Source: Scyliorhinus canicula (Eukaryota). From it: a DNA stretch of 64,000 nucleotides. Position numbers and translations under genes: made by a program. Shown one piece after another: positions 35,163 to 47,904 of the stretch (positions are counted from its first letter, which is position 1; each line of letters opens with the position of its first letter). A model generated the notes under the pieces. It did no database searches and was not told the DNA's origin. It was given only the letters and a program-made list of their open reading frames with translations. The stretch spans positions 43,115,159 to 43,179,158 of the forward strand of contig NC_052158.1 of NCBI RefSeq assembly GCF_902713615.1, read 5' to 3'.

Positions 35163-37184
35163 AGGCGCAATTCTCTCCCCCCCCCCCCCCCCCCCCGCCA
35201 CACTGGGTGGGAGAATCACTGGGGCGCCGGACGAGTCCCGCCACACCGCCCTGGCACCCACACGCAATCCTCCCACCCCCACCCCCCCCCCCCCCCCCTC
35301 AAACCGGCGTGGTGCGATTTACGGCTGTCCGCTCGGAGAATCGCTGCTCGCCATTTGTAACGGGCGAGCAGCGATTCTCCGGCCCGGATGGGCCGGACGG
35401 CCTGCCCAACACAACAGGTACCCGCTGGCGTCGTCCACACCTGGTCACTGCCGGCGGGAACAGCACGGGAACGCTGAGGGGGCGGCCTGTGGGGGGGATC
35501 CAGCACCAGAGGTGGGGGGGGGGGGGGGGCTCAAAAGGGGTCTGGCCCGCGATGGGTGAACACTGATCGGCGGGCTAGCCTCTCTGAAGGAGGACCTCCT
35601 TTCCCGCGGGGAGGACGGCAACCGTGCATGCGCGGGTTGGCACCGGCCAACCTGCGCATGTGCGGGTGGCGTCATTTACGCGATGACGACCACGTAATTT
35701 ACACGGCGCCAAGGCCCAGCGCACATAAATGACGCGGCGCCGCTCCTAGCCCCCGGGGGTGGGAGAATAGGGGGCGAGGAGTGGCCTCCGACGCCGGAGT
35801 GAAACATTCCGGTTTTCACTCCGGCGTCAGCACTTAGGACGGAATTCTCTGCAACGGCCGACGCGTCGTGATAACCGGAGTGCAGAATTCTCCGCTCCCC
35901 ACGACGCCTGGGAGAATAGCGGGAGGGCCTCCCGACATTTTTTACGACCCCCCGCTATTCTCCCCCCCCCAATGCTCGCCCCGCTCCCTGAATCGCCGCT
36001 TGCCGTTTTTCACGGCAAACAGCGATTCTCCGAGGCCGAGGTCGCCAACCTCACCTGGTCGCCACCATCGTGAAATGGGAGCCAGAAGCCCGTTTGGGGC
36101 TTCTAGGCGCCCGATTGGCTCGGGAGCACCACGGCCGTGCTCCCGAGGGGACAGGCCCGCGATCGGTGCCCACCAATCATCGGGCCTTGCGTCCAAAAGG
36201 GACGCACTATTTTCCCTCCGCCGCCCTGCAAGATCAATCCGCCACGTCTTGCGAGGCGGAAAAAGGAAAAGACGGCTCTGCGCATGCGCACGTCGGAGCC
36301 GTTGACGCGGTGACGTCATCCGCGCATGCGCGGGTTGGCGCTGTCCAACCTGCGTATGCGCGGCTGACATCATACAGGCGGCAGCAGCGCGTCATTCTTG
36401 GCGCGCGGCCTTGACGACTGTCGTCAAGGCCGCTCCGCCGAGGCCCCGCCCAGGGGGGAGAATCGGTCCTGGGCGCGGAGGCTGCCGTGGGTGACGGCCT
36501 CTTCCATGGCAGCCTTCCCGATTCTCCACCGTTGGGGAGAATCGCGCCCGGAGTGTTTCACGCCGGCTTCGGAGGCTGCTCCTCGCCCCCTATTCTCCCC
36601 CCCCCCCCCCCCCCCCCCCCCGGGGTGCTAGGAGCGGCGCTTCGTGAAACTTGGCCGCCGGGCCTTGACGCTGACATCAAGGCGGCCGAGAATGACACGG
36701 CGGCGGCGCCTAAGTGACGTCAGCTGCGCATGCGCAGGTTGGCCGGCTCCAACCCGCGCATGCGCGGTTGCCGTCTTCCCCTCCGCTGCCCCGCAATACG
36801 TGGCGGCTTGATCTTGCAGGGCGGCGGAGGGGAAAGAGTGCGTCTCTTGGAGACGCTGGCCCGACGATCGGTGGGCACCAATCGCGGGCCAGTCCCCTCA
36901 CGAGCATGTGTTTAATCCCCTCTCTGCCTCCCCACAAGCCCCAAACTCACCTTTCGCGCGATGTTCACGACGGCAGCGACCAGGTGTGGTCGCTGCCGTC
37001 GTGAACAGGTCGGGAACGGCAGGCCGCTCGGCCCATCAGGGCCAGAGAATCGCCGGTCGCCGGGAAAAACGGCGAGCGTCAATTCTCCGAGCGGGGGTGC
37101 CAAAGCGGCCCTCCTGCGATTCTCTCACCCGGCGTGGGGAGCGGAGAACCGCGCCCTTAGTCTCCCGCTGGGAGAATCTCACCC
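35163..37184. mobile_element. Nested PIF/Harbinger-like MITEs: outer (TSD CAT) containing an inner fold-back element at 35837-37156 (TSD TTA)
   Basis: TTA at 35834-35836 and 37157-37159; CAT flanks the outer ends. The inner element has long inverted arms. Confidence 0.8.
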
Positions 37185-37606
37185 CATGTGTGGGGACATT
37201 AATCCCAGGTTCTTAAAGTGAGACAGGGCTGGCACTAGACAATTACAAACCCACTACCATGTTAGTGTCAGGCCCAAGGGGTAAAGACAACTTGGCCCTC
37301 ACCCTTGCCTGCTGGTCTGATTTGAAGGTGGGATTGAGACATCTTAAACAGAGATACTGAGTAAAAGTAGCGTAATCCATAACTATTGATTGTAACTTTT
37401 GGAATGCTGTGAGATTATGACTCATTAAGTGACTGAGACACTTTCCCCTGGTCTTCTTCACCTTATTCCCACTGTAAGTAGCATCCTTAGTAATTGGAAA
37501 ATGGAGAAAAGGGCAACAAAGAGAGATAATAGAGCTGAGACTCCACTATCAACTTTGTCTCAATAGATTGAACCGTCCGAGAGGTTCCGTTGAAATGAAA
37601 AAACTT

Positions 37607-38326
37607 GGGCAGAATTCTCCGCTCCCCACGCCGGGTGGGAGAATCGCGGGAGGGCCGGGCGACTCACAACACACTCCCCTGGTGCCCCCCGCGATTCTCC
37701 CACCCCCCCCCCCCGCTCGGAAGAATCGCGGCTCGCCATTTTTTCCGGCGACCGGCGATCCTCCAGCCCGGATGGGCCGAGCGGCCTGCTGTTCCCTACC
37801 GGTTCACGACGGCGGCAACCACACCTGGTCGCTGCCGTCATGAACATGGGCGCCAAATGCTGGTTTGAGGCTTGTGGGGGGCGGAGAGGGGAGTGAGCAC
37901 CACGGCTGTGCTCGGGAGGGGACCGGCCCGCGATCGGTGCCCACCGATCGTCGGGCCAGCGTCTCAAAGCAACGCACTCTTTCCCCTCCGCCGCCCCGCA
38001 AGATCAAGCTGCCATGTCTTGCGGAGCAGCGGAGGGGAAGACGGCAACTGCTCATGCGCGGGTTTGAGCCGTGAGCCGTCATGACGTCAGCCACGCATGC
38101 GCGTGTTGGAGCCGCCCAACCTGCGCATGCGCGGCTGACGTCACTTAGGTGCCGCCGTCGCGTCATTCTCGGCACGCCGCCGGCGGCTGAGAGTTACGGA
38201 GTGCCACTCCTAGCCCCCTGGGTGGGGGTGAATAAGGTGAGAGGAGCGGCCTCAGAGGCTGTCGTGAAACTCGGCTAAGTTCACGACGACCTTCCCGATT
38301 TATCGCGGGAGCGGAGAATTCCACCC
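37607..38326. mobile_element. PIF/Harbinger-like MITE
   Basis: GGGCAGAATTCTCC...GGAGAATTCCACCC with a 3-bp TSD CTT on both sides. Confidence 0.85.
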
Positions 38327-38524
38327 CTTGTTTCTATCTTCACAGAAGCTGCCTGACATGCTGAGTATTTCCAACATTTTCTATTTTATTTCTGACAAAT
38401 ACTGTTCATTGAAACAAAATGGAGGGGGGTCTTGCAGCTGGGAATCTGGAATAGACATGGCGGCGAGCAGGAGGGCTCGGAAACAGTAAACAGAAACCGT
38501 TCAGTTCAAAACAGGTAAATATAT

Positions 38525-38718
38525 ATGAAAAAATGAAAATGAAATGAAAATCGCTTATTGTCACGAGTCAGCTTCAATGAAGTTACTGTGAAAAGCCCCT
38601 AGTCGCCACATTCCGGCGTCTGTCCGGGGAGGCTGGTACGGGAATCGAACCGTGCTGCTGGCCTGCTTGGTCTGCTTTAAAAGCCAGCGATTTAGCCGAG
38701 TGAGCTAAACCAGCCCCT
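38525..38718 (-). mobile_element. Short tRNA-derived SINE (second family) with an (ATTTC)n tail
   Basis: Homologous to 28015-28190. Confidence 0.85.
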
Positions 38719-38817
38719 CCCAACCTCTAAAAAAGATCTTTATCTCAGTTCTGATCTCTCTCAAATAAAATAGATTCGAAGTTCATTCGGAGAAACTCCG
38801 AGCAGACTTGAATTTTA

Positions 38818-38860
38818 CCCAGATACAGGTGATGGAGCAGATCTGAATTTGTGACTGGCT
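38818..38860 (+). promoter_or_regulatory. MHC class II proximal promoter: X1/X2 box, 19-bp spacer, variant Y box
   Basis: CCCAGATACAGGTG resembles the DQB X1 CCCAGAGACAGATG. Exactly 19 nt later comes GTGACTGGCT (consensus CTGATTGGYY). It ends about 140 bp upstream of the ATG. Confidence 0.75.
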
Positions 38861-38998
38861 AAACCACATGTCAATCACAGAGTGATGCTTCAGTAAAGTG
38901 AGTGAGATGGAAACTTCACTTGAGACACTGACAGCAAACTGAGTGGAGCTGGCACTGGGTACAGTCTGATCAGAACTGGGAGAAACGAGAGGATTAGA

Positions 38999-39065
38999 AT
39001 GGAAATTGGGAGATACCTAACTGTGTTGGTGCTGGTTTTAATTCATGGAGCCTGGGCTGTGAAAT
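38999..39065 (+). CDS. MHC class II alpha chain, exon 1 (leader peptide MEIGRYLTVLVLVLIHGAWAVK)
   Basis: ATG, hydrophobic signal peptide and phase-1 donor T|GTGAGT, in frame with exon 2 (T+AC = Tyr). Resembles the nurse shark class II alpha leader as I recall it. Confidence 0.85.
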
Positions 39066-42000
39066 GTGAGTTATGAAACAATAACATTTAATAGTTTATA
39101 AATATTAATATCTGATCTCACTGGGCTCGGTATGGTATCATTACAGGAAGTGTTAATTGTATATTAACTGGGTGCTTACTTGAATTTGGGTACTGGGTGT
39201 AAATTGGGGTCATCCTTTAAAGTTTTTGCTGCAGAGGGTTTAAAGTGCCCGTTTCAAATGGGGAACTTCAATGGTTCTGGGTTCCAAAACAGGAGATGCG
39301 CGATATGCGTTGTCTCAGTAAATAAATAAAATAAATAATATAGAGATTCGGCTTAATTTCTATCCTTTACTCTCTGTCTATCTGAATTATCAGGATGGGT
39401 TAGCTCTGTTGGAAGGATAGCTGGAGAGGGGGTTATAATATCCCAGCTTTGGCTGGGATAGACCTATCTCCTTGTCCTGTCCCTGAGAGTGGAAGAGAAT
39501 GGGAAAAACAACAAAGAAAACAGTTCAGCATGAAGAATCAACAGACAGTGAGCCAAATGCCTGCTTTCAGAAGGAGTATGCATGACACCTGAACTAGAAC
39601 ATATTGTGTTATTATATTTATATTGTATTACAAGCACAACTTGCACTATATAGTGCCTTATACATAGGAAAATGTTCCAAGGCTTTTCACTTGGAGACAA
39701 AAGTTGAATGAGCTGAAGAAGGAAGGGACTTGGTCAAATAGCTGGTTTTAAATAAGTTTCTTCAAGGGCAGAGTGAGGTGAAGAATTCAAGAAGGAAATT
39801 CAGAGTTTAGAATCTAGGCAGCTGAAGCCATTTCCCCCAATGGTGTAGCATAAAAGTTCAATGAATGCAGAGTGCACAAAAGATTGTAAAGCTGGAGGAG
39901 GTTACAGAGACATGGGAAGATAGGCCATGAATGAATCTGAACACTAGGATGAGAATTTCAAATTTGTGGTGTTGTCAGACAGGGAGCCAGTGCAAGTTAG
40001 TGAGCACAAGTGAACAGGTAGTTTGGACACAGGCCGCAGAGTTTTGGATGAGTTCAAGTTTATACAGGCTAGAGGATGACAAGAGCAGAAACAAAGGTTA
40101 TAGAGGTGGGCATAGGTGATCTCAGTGATGGACAGGGAATGGGTTAGAAGCTCTGCTCCGCATCACATAGGACATCAACTGACACAGAGAAAGCAGCCAG
40201 TAAAGGAGAGAGTGGAAGAACAACAGAGAGGAGCTGCCAGCAAAGGGGAGAGTGCTATCTGAGGACAATATTATGGGTAAATAGTGAGATCCAACTGATG
40301 GGAGAATGGGGAACAAGAAGACAGAGACTGCTGACACCCACTGACTGTGGGGAACTGTATGTCCTGATTTTATTTGACAAGGTCCAATAGTTAGCAGATG
40401 CAGATCTTGTGCGCAGTGGGTAGCTTCCCTGCCTCTAAACCAGAAGCTCTGTGTTTGAGTTCAATCCCAGGACTTGATGGCCAAGGAAGGTGCATGATTA
40501 ACCCTGCCAAACAGGTTGAGTATCAACCTGGAAAATCCTTCCAGCACACCAAGTGGGAGAGACTCCTGGTCAGACATGCATTGTGTGGAATGGCGCCCCC
40601 TCAAGCTATAAGCCTCTGGTGACAGGTTAATGATTGATTCCATGAATTATCAGCTATGGAAACAGATGGAAGTCTTCCTTAGTGCAACACCAGGGGCAGG
40701 ACGAGAATTGGAATTGGAATAGTTGGCAGAGTGGGATGCAGGGGAACTGTATCGGGGCTGGCAGTGAGACACTATGGTGCTGTGGAGCTGGGTAGGAAAG
40801 AAACAGGTGAGGAAACATTGCAGTTCATTGTTTACAGGCTTGGAGTTTTAGTGTGTATTCTCAAAGCTTCAGAATATAGATATATTAACCAAGGAAAGGA
40901 GGGGGAAGAAAATTGGGGGTCAGAAAGAGAAAAGAGTGAGAAAAAGATGGAGACTAAGAATCTCCCCCAACCCCCCACTTTAATTTCAAGAAAACACTCA
41001 TTGAATTTTAAATAGCTTAGCTGTCTTATTGAAAAAAAGTTATTGCTTATATATTGTACCTATCAGACAGAGAGAGGGAAAAACAGGGCAGTGTATCTTC
41101 CCTCATTCTGATACATCTATTTATAAAAGTTGCATTTTGGAAGATAACAAAGCCTGTTTGAGAGGAACAACTGGGAAGGGGGGACAGTGAGGTGGAATGT
41201 TCCTTGACAAACCTTCTAAAACTCCTCAACCTCACTCCAGCCATTGGCACTTCTCAGTTGAGAAGGTATTTGAGTGTAGGAACTATTGAGTTAATGTCTT
41301 TGTTGCTGCCATTGAGTTAAAATTCAGTTGCAAATGGTTCACTTTTACCTGGGAACAGATTGATTAGGTGGAATCAGATGAAGTATCTGCACAGGTGAAT
41401 TCTGCATATGTTGGTTTGAGACAATGGGGTTTGTTAGCACATTCTGAACAGGAATTGAATGTAATATTTGATTGTTCCATTTATTTACCTTGGCAATTGC
41501 TTCACCTGACCAGGTGCATGGCCATTACACAGGGGGAGGATGGGCAGTGGCAGTTTTGACTGACATTGCAGTAAGCCAATCCTGAAACACAGAAAACATA
41601 TCATGGTCAGAGGACAAGTTTTGGCATTCTATCTGCCTGGAAAAAATCTATAACTTGACTTGGAAAAAATGTAAAACTCTCTCTTTTCAAGGCTACAGCT
41701 AATTACTTCAACAAATATTGGTTTGTAAAGAGAAACTAAGTGTATATCAAAAATTCAGTATTATTGAACAACAGTTTAATTTTCATTAAAAAAACAAATC
41801 CAGTTAAATCAAAACAACACTTTGTTCTCCAACTATGTTCTCCAATAAAACAGCAATTTAACTTATTAACCTCAGAACATGCATACTTAACAACGACTGA
41901 CTTTATGATCATAACGGGACACAGATCCATCTCAGCAGCCATATAATACATTCTATGGTATCAACTACTGTTCAGATTAAATAGTGGTGAACAGTTGCCC

Positions 42001-43122
42001 AAGCATCCACTAGGAGATGCACCTGCTGCACCTAGACAACCTTTCAACTTAACTTTTAATCACTAAATGTAAATATAAGTGTTGCCACGGTCCCAGAGGA
42101 CCAAAGGCTGGGTCATCACACCTCAGGCGAGGGGCAGGATTAATAAGATGGGACCTTCATGGACAACTTTAGCCAATACAACTGAACATGCGCTGTTGGT
42201 GTCACTCCACATCACAAACCAGCCAACAGAGCTAACCAACCCCCTCTCATCACTATTACCCTTCCTGACCCTCTGCCCCCCTGATTTTCATCAACGACTC
42301 ACCTTCCCTATGTTCATCTTCCCTCACTTTTCAAAACTGCCACCATCTCTCTCCTGCTCAAAAAAGACACCCTCAAACCCTTTATCCTCTCAAGCTCACA
42401 CACTATCTACAATTTTCCCATCTTCTTGTAACTCCTCTAATGTACAAGTAAACCCATCAACATACCCATCTTGCTCATCATTCTCTCAGAATCCATTTAA
42501 TCTGGTCTCTACCTTGCCTCAGCACCAAGACTGTCCTGTTAAATTCATTATGATGTCCTTTGTGAATATGATCATGGTACACTATCCCTCCTCGAGATTC
42601 AAAACAATTACTATCTTCCTCCCAAATTGCTAATCTGATTCAACTCCATTGATATTTGATTCCACTCTTAACAAATCTAACCATCTAATTGTTGTCCTGT
42701 AATGACCCCCCCCCCCCCCCCCTCCCCCTCCCAGCCTGCCTTCACACACTCACTTGTGCCTCAGACTCCATCTTGGTCTGCTTCATTGTCTTGTCTACCT
42801 GTTGCTGTGCTGCTCAGTCATATCATTCATTAGCATGGAGTTAGCTTTCATATATTTCATATGTTTGCGCTAAAGAAGATCCAACTATGTGCCACCTCCC
42901 GTCCTTCCTCAATCATGGGTGTGCTGTCCAGATTTTTAATCAATATAAAATGATAGCTGCATAAGTATCTCTTTCAGCTCAATATTATCTTAACTGTCTA
43001 TTCAGGTCGATTTTTTTCATTTCAGCCTAGAAAATCATAGTTTCCCTTAGCACACTCCTCCCCACCCAATTTCCTCTGTCTCACCTGAGTGATTCTTAAT
43101 GCCCAGGTAGTAAAGACCAAAT

Positions 43123-43445
43123 AGGGTGGCATGGTGGCACAGTGGTTAGCACTGCTGCATCACAGCACCAGGGACCCGGGTTCAATACTAGCCTTGGGTG
43201 ACTATGTGGAATTTACACGTTCTCCCAGTGTGTGCGTAGGTTTCCTCCGGGTGCTCCGATTTCCTCCCACTGTCCAAAGATGTGCAGGTTAGGTGAGTTG
43301 GCCATGCTAAATTGCCCTTAGTGACCAAAGTTGTGTAGGTTAGGTGAAAGAATTATTGGAATGGTGCAGAAGATCAGGCTTGGGTGGAATGCCAGATGGT
43401 TGGTGCAGACTTGATGGTCCTTCTGCACTGTAGGGATTCTATGAA
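43123..43445 (+). mobile_element. HE1-like SINE in intron 1
   Basis: Head GGGTGGCATGGTGGCACAGTGG, core, and tail GGGATTCTATG. Confidence 0.88.
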
Positions 43446-44459
43446 TTTCTACTTCATTGCATTCTCTCTTTTGCCACAAGACCAAATCTAATGGTGTTCA
43501 TTCGCAGCAACACTCTCATATCTCACTGTCAAAAAGCTTGGAGATCACATCACCAGTTTGAAGAGTTTAGTAAAGGACTCTTCTAAAGACACACGCATGC
43601 ACACATGTACATGGGGATTTATGGGGGATGATCGCCTGAGCACATATATGCGTGCCAGCTCATCCAGGAATGATATTTTAATTTGATTAGTTAACTTTCC
43701 TTTGACATTATGTTTTAGTCAGTGTCCCACCAGGGACTGTCACCCCTCCTTATTATGTTTATTTTACTGATTATTTGTTTTAATCAAAAGAATATATACA
43801 TACCAGGTGGCGAGATGCAGCCACCTTGGGTGTTGGGTTCCTCTCTCCAGCCAGTGCTGGCCCTCTGGATGGTTACTGGTATTTGTCAGATTTGCTGCTC
43901 CCAATTACAATGTCGCAGCAAATGGAACATGAGGCCTGGCAGAGCCAGTCGCCTGTGTGTGTTGCATTCCCAGGACCATGGTGTCCAGCCCCATGTCTGC
44001 CTTCTGCGAAGCACCGTTTCCCCCACCCACTCACCATGTTCACTTCACAGGCAGACAGGGGCATCTGCTGAGCAGCCCTCTGAACCTCCCACCAAGTAAA
44101 CCAGCACCCAGACTCATGTAAACTCTTTTCAACAACTACATGTGATAGCTTTGCCTTTAACCTTGAGTCGGATTGTCGCTCCACTCGTAGTTCCTTACCT
44201 GGAAATCTGGCTGCTCCCATCTCGCCTGTTGGAGGGTTGCGGTGAGTCAGTTCTATCGTTACCCAGAAGATAGAAATGGTTTTAATTCTTCTAACTTATT
44301 TCTGGATGACAACACAGTCCGAACAATCCAAAGTTTTCAATTTAAATTGGTGTAAATTGTAAATGTTGTTGAACTGAAATATTAGCCTGGCCATCTGACA
44401 AACCCCTAACTGACACTGGAAAAATACACTTGAAGAATCTTTTAAAAAGCAGTACACCC

Positions 44460-45140
44460 CTAAATTCCCCACCCCCACGCTCAACCCCCCAGCCCACTCT
44501 TAATCACACTCCACCCCCCAACTCCCCACCCTGAACCCCTCCAACTGCCCCCACCTTCATTCTCCCAACTCCCCTGCCCTCAATCACCACCCCACCCTTA
44601 TATCCCCACCCTCAATCCCCAACTCCCCTGCCCTCAATCACCACCCCACCCTTATATCCCCACCCTCAATCCCCAACTCCTCTGCCCTTAATCCTCCCTC
44701 ACCACCCCCCTCTCATACCCACTCACCACCCCACCCTCAATCCCCCTCCCCCCATACTCCCCCAACTCCCCAGCCCTCAATCGCTCTCACAACCCCACCC
44801 TCATATTCCTTCACCACCCCTACCCTCAATCCCCCTCACCACCCCTTTAACCCCCTCACCAATTTACCCTCAAACCCCCTCACCACCCCCTTAACCCCCC
44901 TCACCAACTTACCCTCAAAACCCCTCACCACCCCCTTAACCCCCCTCACCAACTTACCCTCAAAACCCCTCAACACCCCCTTAACCCCCCTCACCAACTT
45001 ACCCTCAAAACCCCTCACCACCCCCTTAACCCCCCTCACCAACTTACCCTCAATCCCTCTCACCATCCCCTTAACTCCCCTCACCAACTTACCCTCAATC
45101 CCTCTCACCATCCCCACCCTCAATCCCCCAACTCCCCCAT
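44460..45140. repeat. C-rich minisatellite, including a 36-bp unit (CCCCTCACCAACTTACCCTCAAAACCCCTCACCACC-type)
   Basis: Tandem copies. The spurious ORF 44836-45147 repeats with a 12-aa period. Confidence 0.85.
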
Positions 45141-46333
45141 CCCACAACCATCCTCAACCGCAAGCCCACACACTGGGCACGATACTCCGACCTTGTTACT
45201 CTTTCATTCGAGTGAAACAAAGCTGGTGAATAGCGGGAAAGGCCGAAAATGAGAACCGCACCAGGCGCCAAACTGTCTGCAATGCAACAGGCCCGCTCCA
45301 GTAGGCGAGATTTTGCCGTAGCGTGGCGAGAGATCAATTATCACCACTTAAGCCCTATTTCCATAGAATTAACGGGAGACTCTCCATCGCCAATTGCCTC
45401 CTGTCATTTATCGGCCTTCCGAACAAGTGATCATGCTGGCGCCAATTCATACTCCTTTTGTAAAATGTGAAGCTGGCGGGGTGGGGGGAGCCAAGGAGGT
45501 GAGTAGCCATCTTTGCAAAGGCAATGAGCCTGGGGGTGCTGGGCCTGCCACCCAGGCGATGGCCTCTAGGGAATTGGCAATCGTGGCTAAGTGAGCACTT
45601 CACACATCCCAAATGGATTCCCGTGGGTGGGCGGGCCAAGTAGCATGTGGAGTCATTGCCTAGCATCCCAATCAGACCGTGATGCCCGGACACTGTGATT
45701 GAAAGTGGAGGCAACACCACGAATGTAGCAGCCAACATCCGAGCACCCAGGGTCTGTGTTACTTCACTCCAGGATGCTGGGACTGTGTCGGCATTGTCAG
45801 CGGGTTACTGACAAGGACAGAGGGGTGATGATAACCTGCAGAGAGCCGAGGGCTGGTGCTCCTCAATCTATGCCATAGTCTGACTCCTGCCTGATTGCTG
45901 AGTGCTCACTCACGCCCACACACCCATCACCTGCACGCGGTGTGCCTGGGGGGAAAGGGGGGGGGGGGGGGAACGGATGCCTGGAGAGATGGATTTGGAG
46001 GTTGGCCCGCATTGTGTCATACTGGTTGTGCTCAAGGGTGTTAAATGTGTTTTACAACTCCCCACTCTCCCGATGGTCCCATCCCCCCCCCCACCCCCTC
46101 CTCTTCCCCTCACCCCCTACCTACCTACCCCCCCACTGAAGATGTTGCCGGCAATGCATGGCAGCGAGGCCAACACTACTAGGGTGACGACCGCAATGGA
46201 GAGCCTGGTGCACGACATCAGTACTCTTGGTGAAGGTGTCCAAGGCATCACGCAGTCTGTGATGGCCATAGCTGAGGGCCTTGGCAGAATGCCCAACTTG
46301 CTGGGGATGTGACCGAGTACCAGACTGACCTTG

Positions 46334-46955
46334 ATAAGCACAGCAAGAAGTCTTACAACACCAGGTTAAAATCCAACATGTTTGTTTCGAATCACTAGCT
46401 TTCAGAGCACAGCTCCTTCCTCAGGTGCATGAAGAGGTGGGTTCCAGAAACATATATACAGACAAAGACAAAGATGCCAGATGATACTTTGAATGCGAGT
46501 CTTTGCAGGTAAATGAGTCTACAGGTCCAGACGGAACAACTAGAGAGAGGGATAATCATGGTTAAAGAGGTGTGAATTGTCTCAAGCCAGGATAGTTGGT
46601 AGGATTTTGCAAGCCCAGGCCAGATGGTGGGGGGTGAATGTAATGCGACATGAATCCAAGGTCCCGGTTGAGGCCATACTCGTGTGCGGAACATGGCTAT
46701 AAGTTTCTGCTCGGCGATTCTGCGTTGTCGCGGGTCCTGAAGGCTCCCTTGGAGAACACTTACCCGAAGATCAGAGGCCGAATGCCTTTGACTGCTGAAG
46801 TGTTTCCCAACTGGAAGGGAACATTCCTGCCTGGTGATTGTCGCACGATGTCTGTTCATCTGTTGTCGCAGTGTCTGCATGGTCTCGCCAATGTGCCACT
46901 CTTTGGGACATCCTTTCCTGCAGCGTATGAGGTCTCTGGCCGGGTCGCACAAACT
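46334..46955 (-). mobile_element. Penelope-like element 3' end (GIY-YIG endonuclease remnant)
   Basis: CPKEWHIGETMQTLRQQMNRHR...VGKHFSSQRHSASDLRVSVLQ. Hammerhead core at 46391-46430. Confidence 0.88.
46391..46430 (-). ncRNA. Minimal type-I hammerhead ribozyme motif (Penelope-type)
   Basis: Minus strand reads CAC-CUGAGGA-A-GGAGC-UGU-GCUCU-GAAA-GCUA-GUG: intact core boxes, stem II, palindromic AGCU stem III and a 3-bp stem I. Confidence 0.65.
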
Positions 46956-46970
46956 TTATGAGGTTCTGCA

Positions 46971-47664
46971 TGTTATGGACCAAGGTTTGGAGAACCCCAA
47001 AGTGTATCACCTGACCCACAACGTTTAATAGATTGTGGTTATGGAGAGCACATACTTTACAGTATGAAATGAAATGAAAATCGCTTATTGTCACAAGTAG
47101 GCTTCAATGAAGTTACTGTGAAAAGCCCCTCGTCGCCACATTCCGGCACCTGTTCAGTATGGTGCAACAGAGAGCTAAAGTACTTTAAAATTAAAACAAT
47201 GTTTATTTATGAAACCAGTTAACACTTTATAAACCCACAGTAAACATTTTAACAACTATCAACACCAATCCTTCCCACAGATACAATATTCTATAAGTAA
47301 CCCTTAATCTTTCCTTGCAACATCCAAAAGACAAATACCCTCTTCAACATAGACATCAGGTTTAAATTCTCCACTGAGAGCAGTTATCACTGTTAAATTA
47401 GCAAGTGATTTGAAGACATTCCTTTAATGCAGAAAGAAATCAGAATTATACCTGGTTTTGCTGGATGCAGCTCCCAATCTGCAAAACGAAACCAAATACA
47501 CCCTGTAGCTGACAACCCAAAGCAAAAGTAAAACAGACAGACAGCCCAGCTCGCCCCACTCTCTGACATCACTTCAGCTATTTGACAAACCCCCATTACT
47601 TAAAGGTACATCCACTACAGCTATTTAATAAACACTCATTTCTTATAGGTACTCTCACATGATA
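46971..47664 (-). mobile_element. Solo LTR of the same family as the Gmr1-like element at 55372-61027 (contains a SINE fragment at 47070-47157)
   Basis: Reverse complement of 60458-61027. 4-bp TSD TGCA/TGCG. Confidence 0.85.
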
Positions 47665-47904
47665 TGCGGGACATGTCCCGCTCTCAGATGGGAATGACCG
47701 AGGTGCTGCGGAGCTTATCCCAGTCACAGGTGGGCATTGTCGAGGCGCTGCAGAGCATGTCCCAGTCACTGAGGCTCATCGCCGAGGATGTTGACAAGAT
47801 GGTGCAGACCATGGGGAGCCGCCAGGGCTGGCAGAGGCAGATGGTGCAGGGGCAGCTGGGGCTCGAAGCAGCCGCCCCTCCTCCCGGTCGGTGCCCATTG
47901 GGCT

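Larger units (their letters stand above)
46141..47885 (+). mobile_element. Fragment of a Harbinger-associated ORF, split by Penelope and solo-LTR insertions
   Basis: 46141-46333 and 47665-47885 are homologous to the inverted copy at 47990-48315. Confidence 0.65.

Noticed and set aside
38458-38520. Possible upstream exon (ACATGGCGGCG...CAG|GTAAAT)
   Set aside because: The ATG frame stops after 10 codons, and there is no supporting acceptor or promoter evidence.
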